Shown: piece after piece, positions 1 through 12,967 of the stretch
Layout of the letters: the number at the start of each line of letters is the position of its first letter
Position numbering within the stretch: the first letter of the stretch is position 1
From: Macrostomum lignano
Taxonomy: Eukaryota
Assembly: GCA_002269645.1 (NCBI GenBank)
Contig: NIVC01004291.1
Span: 1-51,591 of the forward strand
DNA length: 51,591 nt
Direction: 5' to 3'
Made by a program: the position numbers and the translations under genes
Notes under the pieces: model-generated
The model's database searches: none
The model's input: the letters and a program-made list of their open reading frames with translations, nothing else
Told to the model about the DNA's origin: nothing

Positions 1-108
1 TTGCTTTTGAAGGCTAGGCTTTGTAAGTGCCACTTTTGACGCGCTGTGGCACTTTATTGGGGTCTAAATTAACCCATCTGCTCCTGACTCGAGAGTGCAC
101 AATTGCTT

Positions 109-331
109 ATTGTCTGACTCCAAAGCCATATACACAATCTACCATTGTCTGACTCCAAAGCCACAGACACAATCTACCATTGTCTAACTCCAAAGCCACA
201 GACACAATCTACCATTGTCTGACTCCAAAGCAACAGACACAATCCACCATTGTCTAACTCCAAAGCCACAGACACAATCTACCATTGTCTGACCCCAAAG
301 CCACAGACACAATCCACCATTGTCTGACTCC
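109..331. repeat. Minisatellite, about 35-bp unit (ccattgtctgactccaaagccacagacacaatcta), about 6 copies
   Basis: Direct tandem copies visible in the sequence. Confidence 0.9.
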
Positions 332-425
332 AGAACCATAACCCGCTACCCGCTGTCGAATAGCCATGCAGAAGCTCACTTTCAGCGCATAAATGCTAAA
401 AATCTTTCACGATAAAATTCTACAG

Positions 426-718
426 ACCACCGCTTGGGACAGGCAGACCGTCGATCGCCGAAGTCCCCTCGGCGTTCGTCGGATCAACGATGCGGCGATG
501 CGCGCGACGCAGAGCTTCCTGGCTAGCCGGGGGCAGCCGCGCCAGCCCTACGTTGCCAACCTGGTGTTCACCTCGGGCAAGCATCCGCGGAGACCAGTGG
601 AGTGCGGTTCCCCGGACTGTCCGACCTGCTGACCGAGCTGCCATTGGGCACCGCTACGGTGGCCGAGATTGACAGGCAGCTGAGGGACCTGGCGCATCAC
701 GTTCGATTGGCTGGGAAG
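426..718 (+). CDS. Upstream coding exon, probably of the LRP gene; contains an apparent 1-bp deletion
   Basis: Acceptor tacag| at 425, donor aag|gt at 719. GC-rich coding-like composition. Length 293 nt becomes phase 0-0 if one base is restored near 576-579. Confidence 0.5.
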
Positions 719-3700
719 GTGCTGACAGTCTGATTGGGCCTGCGGCACGTTCTCGAGTGGCTGAATAACATTATTTGGGTCACATAATGGTTTAATTCGT
801 CACTTTTCCAATGCAGTAAAGTACATCTAATGTCCCTCTATACTGTAAATCCATCTGGATATAACTTCAAAAGTACAAGTATGAAGCAACCGGCATCAGG
901 CGTAATAAAACAGAAGTTACCAGGCGTGTGTTTTAAAGTTTTCACACATATTTACAAGTAGTAATTACCGAGTACACAAATAGTGATAGCCAGTACAATG
1001 TATGTAATGTACGTACACTAATCGATTCAAGGATAAATCGATACATTTTTGTCAGACGCGCCAAAGGGCGTCGATACATGTGTTGCCAATGGGCGTGCCA
1101 ATACGACTATTGGAATATTGTCGGAGCTGGATTTGAGTTCCTTATTTTAGAAATTCCACAATTGCCAAATTGTACCAGTGGGTTCATTTCTATCTCAACG
1201 GTGACACCAAGTTGTTACCAGTAGGTTCATTTTTATATCAATGATGACACCAAATTGTAGGTCTAGCTGCTTGCTATTATCCGATCCCTACTTCAATATA
1301 AAGCTGGAGCACATTTATATGAATATGCATGCAATATGTTCCATGAGTACACACAATATATAAACTTTACTATACATTGCCCATTTACTACATGCATGAA
1401 AAGCTGATACTATTGATAGTTTGAGGGTGGCTCGTAGTTGCGGTTTTGTTTTAAGCAGTTGTTCTTGGCGTCAAGTTTTAGAGCACAAAAAATACATGTA
1501 GTGCATTATAATATTTTTACTTTGTTGAAATTCGACAAGTGAGCAAAATTGTCATAACTGAGTTTGAACATTTCTGAACGATATTGAGAATCACTTTGGC
1601 TATTCTGAAAAGCGATTGTCACTTTCTCATGTACCATAGTCAGGCAGCGTAAGTCAATGAGCCTCAAAACTAGCCGATTTCTTGTTTGTAGGATCGTGAT
1701 TAGTTGTACTGTGTAATATTTACATTATAAAACTACATAGCTCTTGTTAGAGAATACGAATGTAGGTAATTTATTTTTATAGCAAACTTTTAATTAGTTA
1801 AACGATAAAAATCGTTATAGAAAATTTCTTACTGCAAATTAATGATAAAGACTGTTTTATTGTTTTGTTTTAAAAACACAGAAGTTTAAATGAGTATTTT
1901 CTCCGAATTTACTTTAATTAACGCTATAGTGATATTTTCCTTTTAACGCAATTTAAAAATATACATAATCATAAGCATACGTCTATTCGTAATATTATCT
2001 GATTACTTCAGGTCCAAAAATAAGGCTTATTAGTTTAGGCCTAGTTAGCACTGCAGTGCAGTGTTCCATGTCTGCAAATAATACTTCATCCTGAAAACAC
2101 GAATCAGTCCGCTTAATTCAGATAACAAATGTGGCGAGAGTATGAAGTCCAATTTGTTTTCATTATGTCTTGTCTCTCACTGCACTATATTTCTAACTGT
2201 GCTTTTGCATTAGTCAAGGATAAAACTTCAATCGTAGTCAACTCTGCAAGCATTGATAGTGACAAATCTGCAGGTAAGTTTCATGCACCAAAATATGATA
2301 GATGTAATTTTTTGACTGAACAAGTGATGGGTGCCGACTGCCGACCATTGGTATTGATTGTCATAGTCAAGAAGGTGTCAGGTGTATACCAGAGTGATTT
2401 TTGGGGATGGCTGATGATATATGCCAAAAATATAGTCCCAACCTAAAAGCATACAATAAGGCATTAAAAATGTTTGTGCATATAGATTTTTTGCTATAAA
2501 TAGTAGGCCCAATTGACAAGAAAGAAAAATAATAACCAAATTATCAGTCAAAAAGGTCATTTTTATTGTTAAAATATTGGCCTAGATTTGAGAATATAGG
2601 CATGCACTCAAATTTTTTGGTATGCATTTGTAACTATTCAATTTTCATTTGGGTGTGCACTTAGCATGATCTGATCTACACTATGGAATTCAAAAAACTT
2701 CCATTTATTACTGAACATTTTTTAAAAATTCAAACCTAAAGAATAACCACTTGCTTTTTTCATTTTTGTCAAAAATCTATATACTCATGCTTGGGTGCAA
2801 CCTTGGGATTCACTCGGCTGTTTCTATTGGCAACACACACATGTAAGTCGCTATTGGACGGAATAGTAGTCACGTGACTGCTCTCAGCCAATAGCGACTT
2901 ACATGTGTATGTTGCCAATAGAAACAGCCAGGTGATTCCCAAAGTTGTGCATATATGTACATACTAACTGCTTTTTAATTTTTGGGCTTACATTTAAGTT
3001 TATAGTTTTAAATAATTTTTTTTAATTAATAATTTTTTATTACACTTAAACATTTTTACTAGTATGTTCAACTTGTATTTGGTTCATATATGGGCAAACT
3101 TGGGAATCACTTGATTGTTTCTATTGGCAACATATTTTACAACATACACTTGGGCTATTACTTCTTAGTGAAATACTTTAAGAAGTAAACACTTTTGTGA
3201 AACATTTTAAGAAGTAACAGCCTTTGCAGAAATTCAATTCAAACAAAGCTCCTTTCTATTGAAACAGAAGAACTTAAATTCAGACTATCTGTAGCCAAAA
3301 TTGTCCCCAAGTGACAGGCATGTGCCAACTTGAAATTCAAAAGAAACAAAGTCACATTCTATTTTGACAAAGACTCAATAGATAAACACAACAAATTGAT
3401 AAACATAAGAGTAAAATGAAAAACAGGAACAAGACAATATTAGTTGCGACACCTAGCTATCAATTGCCTGACCACTAAGGCAATGAAGGACATATAAATA
3501 CATACACTTGTCCACAGAGATGCAGCCAATGGTTCTGTCTACCATGTTATATAGAATGTCTCACCAATAGGCCGCCATCAACTGATTCTTGTGCTGCTTA
3601 GCTATCAGAGCAATGAACTTTTGCTAGTCTGCTACCAGTTCTCTCTTCAAAGCAGCCTTCCAATAGAAGATTGAGTTCTCCATAGGAATAAAAATGGACT

Positions 3701-6700
3701 GTATGGTGGAAGCTGCTTGGCCTAAATGGTGTCCAGAATCTTGTCTTTGATGTCATTATGAGAACTTGCATTGTTGATGACTATATAACAATACAAGACT
3801 GGGAACTAGCTTGGAAGTTACTGATAGTGATCTGCAAGAACTCACCAAACTTCTTTTTAGTCATGTCCTTATCATAAATTTGGTAGTGCACAACACCGAT
3901 ACCTGGATAAATGGGCAAGCAGATAGTAACTCTAAGTCCCTTCTGAGTAGCCACTTGCCTGTATATGCATTCACCATGTTGAGAGTGCCTTATTGATTGT
4001 CTCATCCAGATATTGAAGCCAAATTCATTGTTGAAAATCTTGTAGTCAGATATAACATCGACAGAACAAAGCCACTTGCAAAACTCTTTCTGCACTTCGA
4101 TCATATGAGGGGAATTGCAATCTGCAAGAAGATATTGTGCCAGCTCAGTGGTGTACAGAGCTCCATTAAGCTTAATGCTGATCATTTTCCATTATATGGG
4201 CTTTTCTAGGATTTGCTGGTGCATATTAGCATTCATTTCTTTTAGTGTGATAAGCAGATTTGCTTAGATGAAACCAAGTATATGGGCCTGAATTTCTTTA
4301 TCCCACTTTAGAATTGTTTGGCTCTGCCCTTGGGCTGCTTTTCTGCTCTCCCCGACCTCACAATTGTGTATGCTATTGATCTCTTGACTCCAAGTTGGCA
4401 CGCCATTTCCACAATGTCATTCCCACAATCAGCAGCCTTGATAATATGGTCTCTGTCACTGTTGCTTATAATAGTGTACTGACAAGGCTGCTATTCCACA
4501 ATATCTTCATTGAATTCTGCTTCTCCTTTTTCCTTTCTTGCATTCTCCTTTTTCTAGCAATTCATCGTCTTCTTCAATCTGATCTTCAGCATGCATATTG
4601 TTTTTGCTGCACAATGATTGTAGTTGTGCAGTGCAGGAAAAAACAAAAATTAGATTAATGTAATAAAAATGTATCTATCTGCAAGAAACTCTGTCAAAAT
4701 AGAATGTTACTTTGTTTCTTTAGAATTTTAAATTTGTGCATGCATGTCACTCAGGGACAATTTTGGCCATAGACAGTCTGAATTAAAGTTCTTCTGTTTC
4801 AATAGAAAGGGACTTTGTTTGAATTGAGGTTCCGCAAGGGCTGTTACTTCTTAAATTGTTTACATTGAAGTTCTGCTTGTTTTTTTAATAAAACTTTGTT
4901 CAAAATAGGAGGTAGAATGGTATACCTTTTTATATATCAAAAGACAAATCTTTACACTTAATAGTAATTTAGCAAAAATAGATGTCTATAGATATATATA
5001 TATTATATTTGTATTATAAATGTAAAATTTATTGTTTTTTATTTAAGTTTCTAATTTGAGGCTTAGATTCATTTAGAAACAGAAACATACCAATCAATTC
5101 GCTTTTCCACATAGGATGCTGTCTATACTCTATATAGACACTTTTTTGCTAGTTTATTTTGTTTCTATGATGGACAATGTTCAGATAAAGTAGTGATGGT
5201 TAAATAAAGTATAAACTATAGAAAGTACAGAATGAAACTTAAATTAAAGCTGATATACTGTGACAGTACAGACATGCTGTGGCACAAATTATTCAAGCAC
5301 TGAATTTTAACTGGGAAGAGGCAAATTGGTTTTTGCAACTTTCAGCCTAGAAAGAACAGTTTGTAATCTCATAAATTTTCTAACCTAATGATTTAGTTGA
5401 ACAACGGCAACAGCTGCGCTCAGACCTGGTCGCAGTGATTGGCCAGAGATCTGGCCTCTCAATCATCATCAATGGACGCGAGACTGGGATACCCAGCTTA
5501 GCTGACCAGGCCTGTCATGCTGTTGCCTACGCGCGCAATGGCCCCCTGTTTGTTGCCACGGACAGGAAAATATTCCGTCTGGACGCTTCTGTTGGACTGC
5601 CGATTGAGGCTGCTGACAGCGATGCCCGGGCGTCTGGCTCTGGCAGGCGTGTTGGCGGGGGTGGCAGCGGAGATGGCGGCCGGGCGCAGGCCATCATTGC
5701 CGATCACATTATTCAGGTGAGCCTTCTTGCTCTCACATCAAAGTGTCTGACTCTCAAATCAAAGTGTCTGACTCTCAGTGAATAGTGTCTGACTCAGTGA
5801 ATAGTGTCTGACTCTCAGTGAATAGTGTCTGACTCTAAGTGAATAGTGTCCGACTCTCAGTGAATAGTGTCTGACTCAGTGAATAGTGTCCGACTCTCAG
5901 TGAATAGTGTCTGACTCTCAGTGAATAGTGCCTGACTCTCAAATCAAAGTGTCTGACTCTCAGTGAATAGTGTCTGAATCTCAGTGAATAGTGTCTGACT
6001 CAGTGAATAGTGTCTGACTCTCAGTGAATAGTGTCTGACTCTAAGTGAATAGTGTCCGACTCTCAGTGAATAGTGTCTGACTCTCAGTGAATAGTGCCTG
6101 ACTCTCAAATCAAAGTGTCTGACTCTCAGTGAATAGTGTCTGAATCTCAGTGAATAGTGTCTGACTCAGTGAATAGTGCCTGACTCAGTGAATAGTGTCT
6201 GACTCTCAGATCAAAGTGTCTGACTCTCAGTGAATAGTGTCTGAATCTCAGTGAATAGTGTCTGACTCAGTGAATAGTGTCTGACTCTCAGTGAATAGTG
6301 TCTGACTCAGTGAATAGTGTCTGACTCAGTGAATAGTGTCTGACTCAGTGAATAGTGCCTGACTCAGTGAATAGTGTCTGACTCTCAGATCAAAGTGTCT
6401 GACTCTCAGTGAATAGTGTCTGAATCTCAGTGAATAGTGTCTGACTCAGTGAATAGTGTCTGACTCTCAGTGAATAGTGTCTGACTCAGTGAATAGTGTC
6501 TGACTCAGTGAAAAGTGTCTGACTCAGTGAATAGTGTCTGACTCAGTGAATAGTGTCTGACTCTCAGTGAATAGTGTCTGACTCAGTGAATAGTGCCTGA
6601 CTCAGTGAATAGTGTCTGACTCTCAGTGAATAGTGCCTGACTCAGTGAATAGTGTCTGACTCTCAGTGAATAGTGCCTGACTCAGTGAATAGTGTCTGAC

Positions 6701-9700
6701 TCTCAGTGAATAGTGCCTGACTCAGTGAATAGTGTCTGACTCTCAGTAAATAGAGTCTTCTGACTCCCAAATCAAAGTGTCTGACTCTCAGTGAATAGTG
6801 CCTGACTCAGTGAATAGTGTCTGACTCTCAGTGAATAGTGCCTGACTCAGTGAATAGTGTCTGACTCTCAGTAAATAGAGTCTTCTGACTCTCAAATCAA
6901 AGTGTCTGACTCTTAGTAAATAGAGTCTTCTGACTCTCAAATCAAAGTGTCTGACTCTCAGTAAATAGAGTCTTCTGACTCTCAAATCAAAGTGTCTGAC
7001 TCTTAGCCGTGTCCCCTGACTTTCGCCACCCGCCAGGCCCTAGCGGTGGACGACATCGGCCGCAAGGTGTACTGGGTGACCAGCACGGACCTGAGGGCCG
7101 GGCAGGTGTCCACTCTGAACGTAGACAATTACAACGGCACTGACAGGCGAACCCTGTTCCGCATGCCGGCTACTCACACCATACTCAGCCACACGCTGGC
7201 GGTGGACAGCCTTCACGCCTGCCTGATCTTCTTTGTGGATGTGCAAACCCACAGCGCTGCTCTGGGCGTCAAGCAGCTGCACATTCACCGGCTTGACGGC
7301 CAGGAGGTGTACAATGTCTCCCACATTAGCGAGGCTAACAGTATTGTAGCCGTGACTGTCGATGCGGAGAATGCGGTGCGTTTTTCAAAGCATTACCGAT
7401 GTTGTCATTGTTGTGTTGATGATTATTTTTTAGTACTGTTTAATTGTTAAAAATTAAAAATTGATAGAAGTGGAAAATTCATCAAAGTTTCGTTCAAAGA
7501 GCTGGTAGCCATCGTCAACTCGTAAAATAATGTTTCTAAATTATAATACATAGGATTGAGCGGCTACCGATATGTATCGTAATTAACATTATCTACTAGC
7601 AAGTATATAGGGGTAGTTAGGTGTCGTAAACAATTTTGGATTCGGAATCGCGATATTTCACGGCACTGGCTGCCATTCACATTCTACCGATATGTATAGC
7701 GTGAGAATGGGAATTTTACTTTACTCAGGAACTTTTGTCTTACGTTTTCTGTTTCTTTATCAAAACTAAGTAAGCACATGCTGTAATACTACTTACTTAC
7801 TAAGTAGTTTAAAATTGAAATAAATTTCCATTTAAAAATCTCTCAGATAATCTACTGGATGGAGTCCAACAGCGGCGACACTCCGGTGCAAGTTCGCGGC
7901 TTCTCTTATTCGACTCTGTTGCCAACCTTCGCCGCCTCGGCGTCACCTTCCGCTCAGGCGCCACCGTCGCCATTTGCCGTGTTGGACATTGCCAAAATCG
8001 ACAGGCCTAGCAACACGCTGGCCTACCAGGGCGGGCGGCTCTACTGGATGCGCGGCCTCGAGATTGTCGCCTGCGAGCTGGGCGCCGGTTCGGGCTCTGC
8101 GACAACTGCCGCCTGCCGCACCGCTCTGACCCGATCCAATAGCAGAGCTGGGGAGATCCTGTTCCACCTGGTTTTGCTGTCTAAGAGCGACTACAGGGCC
8201 TGGCCTGCTGGTGCGTTCGCATTTCTGCTGTGCTGTTTAGTGTTGTCTGATGGCCTGAGGTTGTTTTGGGGTAGCGGACCCCTGAAGTATAAATATGGTC
8301 CGCTAGGTGGGTAGGGGTAGCGGACCCCTGAGGTATCGGTGGGTAGGGGTAGCGGATCCCTGAAGTATCGGTGAGTAGGGGTAGCGGATCCCTGAAGTAT
8401 CGGTGGGTAGGGGTAGCGGATCCCTGAAGTATCGGTGAGTAGGGGTAGCGGATCCCTGAAGTATCGGTGGGTAGGGGTAGCGGATCCCTGAAGTATCGGT
8501 GGGTAGGGGTAGCGGATCCCTGAAGTATCGGTGGGTAGGGGTAGCAGATCCCTGAAGTATCGGTGAGTAGGGGTAGCGGATCCCTGATGTATCGGTGAGT
8601 AGGGGTAGCGGATCCCTGATGTATCGGTGAGTAGGGGTAGCGGATCCCTGAAGTATCGGTGAGTAGGGATAGTGGACCCCTAATGTATCGGTGGGTAGGG
8701 GTAGCGGATCCCTGAAGTATCAGTGGGTAGGGATAGCGGACCCCTGATGTATCGGTGGGTAGGGGTAGCGGATCCTGATGTATCGGTGGGTAGGGGTTGC
8801 TTTTAGTGTGTTTGAAGTCAGTGTTTCCACAGCTTGACCCTGTTGCTACGGCACTTACAATTGCAGCCTTCACAGACGTGTGCTCAGTCCGAAAGCCTTG
8901 CGCCCACCTGTGCTTTCGGTACTCTTCAACTATTGCGGATCAGCGCTACACCTGCCTTTGCCGGTTCGGATTATTGCCAGATCCCAAGAATGCAACTCAC
9001 GGTTGCTTGACTAGTACGTTTATTAAGCCTAAAAAGTTCTAATGCCGTCCCGAAATCAGGGAAACTGATCCCCATGAGATCCCGGATTCTGGGAAGCTGA
9101 TCTCCATGAGATCCCGGATTCTGGGAAGCTGATCCCCATGAGATCCTTGATTCTGGGAAGCTGATCCCCATGAGATCCCGGATTCTGGGAAGCTAATCCC
9201 CATGAGATCCCGGATTCTGGGAAGCTGATCCCCATGAGATCCCGGATTCTGGAAAGCTGATCCCCATGAGATCCCGGATTCTGGGAAGCTGATCCCCATG
9301 AGATCCCGGATTCTGGGAAGCTGATCCCCATGAGATCCCGGATTCTGGGAAGCTGATCCCCATGAGATCCTTGATTCTGGGAAGCTGATCCCTATGAGAT
9401 CCCGGATTCTGAGAAGCTGATCCCCATGAGATCCCGGATTCTGGGAAGCTGATCCTCATAAGATCCTGGATTCTGAGAAGCTGATCCCCATGAGATCCCG
9501 GATTCTGGGAAGCTGATCCCCATGAGATCCCGGATTCTGGGAAGCTGATCCCCATGAGATCCCGTATTCTGGGAAGCTGATCCCCATGAGATCCCGGATT
9601 CTGGGAAGCTGATCCCCATGAGATCCCGGATTCTGGGAAGCTGATCCCCATGAGATCCCGGATTCTGGGAAGCTGATCCCCATGACATCCTGGATTCTAG

Positions 9701-11240
9701 GAAGCTGATCCCCATGAGATCCCGGATTCTGGGAAGCTGATCCCCATGAGATCCCGGATTCTGGGAAGCTGATCCCCATGAGATCCTGGATTCTGAGAAC
9801 CTGATCCCCATGAGATTCCGGATTCTGGGAAGCTGATCCCCATGAGATCCCGGATTCTGGGAAGCTGATCCTCATAAGATCCTGGATTCTGAGAAGCTGA
9901 TCCCCATGATATCCCGGATTCTGGGAAGCTGATCCCCATGAGATTCCGGATTCTGGGAAGCTGATCCCCATGAGATCCCGGATTCTGGGAAGCTGATCCC
10001 CATGAGATCCCGGATTCTGGGAAGCTGATCCCCATGAGATTCCGGATTCTGGGAAGCTGATCCTCATAAGATCCTGGATTATGGGAAGCTGATCCCCATG
10101 AGATCCCGGATTCTGGGAAGCTGATCCCCATGAGATCCCGGATTCTGGGAAGCTGATCCCTATGAGATCCCGGATTCTGAGAAGCTGATCCCCATGAGAT
10201 CCCGGATTCTGGGAAGCTGATCCTCATAAGATCCTGGATTCTGAGAAGCTGATCCCCATGAGATCCCGGATTCTGGGAAGCTGATCCCCATGAGATCCCG
10301 GACTTCCTACACTCGGATCTGCATTTCGATCCCCAAATTGAATCCCACAGCTTACACAGACTACCTGCTAATATCGCTGGACATGGGCACAAGTTCGTCA
10401 GTGTTGAAAATGTCGCTGGATACCCAGGACTATCACCCAGTTCAGCTGTTCGGCATGCCCAAGTACATAGTCAAGTGCCTGGCAATGGACCCGCTGGCCA
10501 ATGTGATCTACTGGATCGACTACCTGCACGAGCGGGTGGCCCGGTCAGTCACCGAGACCATTCGGCGGCTGGATTTGACTCGGAACCAGCCGGGCAGGAT
10601 TGAAAAGATTCTGGAGAACGCAGATGAAGTGCCGCAGGACCTGGCTGTGGACTGGTCTAGCGGCAATCTGTACTGGGTGACAGCGAGGAAGCTGATCATA
10701 TCTAAACTGGACGGCAGGCACCAGTACGTCCTGAGCACGTTCGACAAGATCACGGCTGTTAAAGTCGACCCAATTCGGTGAGTACTTTGTGTTGAAACTT
10801 ATTGCACCGTCTGTACATAAGCCTTAAGGAATGGCACGACAAGCCTCAGTCTAAATTCGCGCGACCATTCATTCTGCAAGCAAATCTTGTCCAGATCGCC
10901 GGGTCATTATTGGCACAGGAATTTGAATTCCCCCCCCCCGTGTCCACCCGCAGCGGCTACCTGTTCTACTGCGCTGACGGTCGCCTGGTGCGCAGCCGTC
11001 TGGACGGCGTGTCTCAGCGGCTGGTGCTGCTGAACCTCACCTCCAGCCACTTCTGCCAGCTGGCCTTTGATGAGGCCACCGGCGATATTTATTATCTGGT
11101 GAGATCTGCGGCTGCTGCGTCTGTGTGTGTGTCTGTCTGTCTGTCTGCCTGTCTGTCTGTCTGTCTGTGCGTGTCTTAGTGTCTTGTCTATCTGTCTTAA
11201 TGTCTGTCTATCTGTCTTAGTGTCTGTCCGTCTGTCTGAG

Positions 11241-11295
<55 letters not shown>

Positions 11296-11392
11296 GTGTG
11301 CGTGTCTTAGTGTCTTGTCTATCTGTCTTAGTGTCTGTCTATCTGTCTTAGTGTCTTGTCTATCTGTTTTAGTGTCTGTCTATCTGTCTTAG

Positions 11393-11433
<41 letters not shown>

Positions 11434-11465
11434 TAGTGTCTGTCCGTCTGTCTTAGTGTCTGTCC

Positions 11466-11497
<32 letters not shown>

Positions 11498-12933
11498 TAG
11501 TGTCTGTCCGTCTGTCTTAGTGTCTGTCCGTCTGTCTATCTGTCTCTCAGTGAATCCATGCGCCCCACACACCACCCGCCGTCCCCCAGGCGTCTCCTCC
11601 GGGCAGGCTGGGCGTGTTCCAATTCTCAAGCGGCGGCGCGGTCTCCGCCAACATCTCGCTGAGCCGGGCGGTGGCAGCCGTTCGCTCGCCAGCCAAGGTG
11701 TACGCGGCATTCCGCGGTCACCTGTACTGGCTGTCCACCTCTGGCGACATGAGCCTGGGCATTGTGGACCGCAATGGAAGCAACACGCGGGTGGTGCCGA
11801 TCTCGCTGCGCATCCCGCTGTCGCTGGCGGCCAGCAGCAGCCAGTTAGCAACCGAGTTCGCGGCTGAGATTGACAGGTGACTTGATTAGCTGTGTGGCCT
11901 TCAAATAGGTGCAGTTTAGCGCCTGACTGTCGTGCGGCAGTGCCCGATTCCCCCTGCAAGCTCAGTGACTGGCGTTACCGTGTAACAGACACGTTTTCAC
12001 CCCACGAATCGCCCTTCACCCCACCAACCGCCCTTCACCCCACAGACCGCCCTTCACCCACAGACCGCCCTTCACCCCACAGACCGCCCTTCATCACCCC
12101 ACAGACCGCCCTTCACCCACAGACCGCCCTTCACCCCACAGACCGCCCTTCACCCCACAGACCGCCCTTCACCCCACAGACCGCCCTTCACCCCACAGAC
12201 CGCTGACCGCCCTTCACCCCACAGACCGCCCTTCACCCCACAGACCGCCCTTCACCCCACAGACCGCCCTTCACCCCACAGACCGCCCTTCACCCCACAG
12301 ACCGCCCTTCACCCCACAGAACTTCACCCCTAAAAACTGGCCTTCTCCCCAGAAATCGGCCTCACAAAAATGGGCTCCCCTAAAGTGCCATTTCGGATTC
12401 GCCCACCTGCAGCAACCCGTGCCGCCGGCCCGACAACGCCGGCTGCGAGCAGCTGTGCATCCCCAGGCCGGACCTCACCCACTTGCCAGTCGCCAATCGT
12501 CGGATCTGTCGCTGCGCCTCCCGGTTCCGCTTCGCCGGCACCGTCTCCAGTTCGACCGGCGGCGAGTCCGCGCCGGCGCCGGAGGACGGGCACAGCCGGT
12601 GCCAGGCTCTGAGCACCTTCTTGGTGCTCGCCAGCGCCAGGGACATCGGCATGGCGCCGCTAAACCTCGCCGCCGGTTCGGCATCTTCGCCCGACTACGA
12701 GTCGCTGCACCTGTCCAACGATCTCAAATTTGTGGAATTTGTAGCCGCCGATCCCAGCCGGGGCCGCATCTGCTGGGCCGATGTTGGCCGCCACATCGCC
12801 TGCGCTGGCTTGGACCGGGGCACCGGCGCCGACACTGCGGCCGGCCGTAGCGCCAGGGTGCGAAATGTTTATATGTGTCTGTGTGTCTGCCGGTCTTGTC
12901 TGTGTCTCTGTGTGTCTGCCGGTCTGTCCGTCC

Positions 12934-12967
<34 letters not shown>

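Noticed and set aside
2129-2446. 105-aa ORF in AT-rich intron sequence
   Set aside because: No motifs, composition unlike the real exons and no compatible splice sites.
8971-10392. Long repetitive ORFs (GISFPESGISWGS..., also VTSPIILPL, IPDASVTCRIF, SSLTDPPGCHTH, GQDWCWSAR)
   Set aside because: They are translations of minisatellites lying in introns or flanks, open in several frames, with no independent coding evidence.
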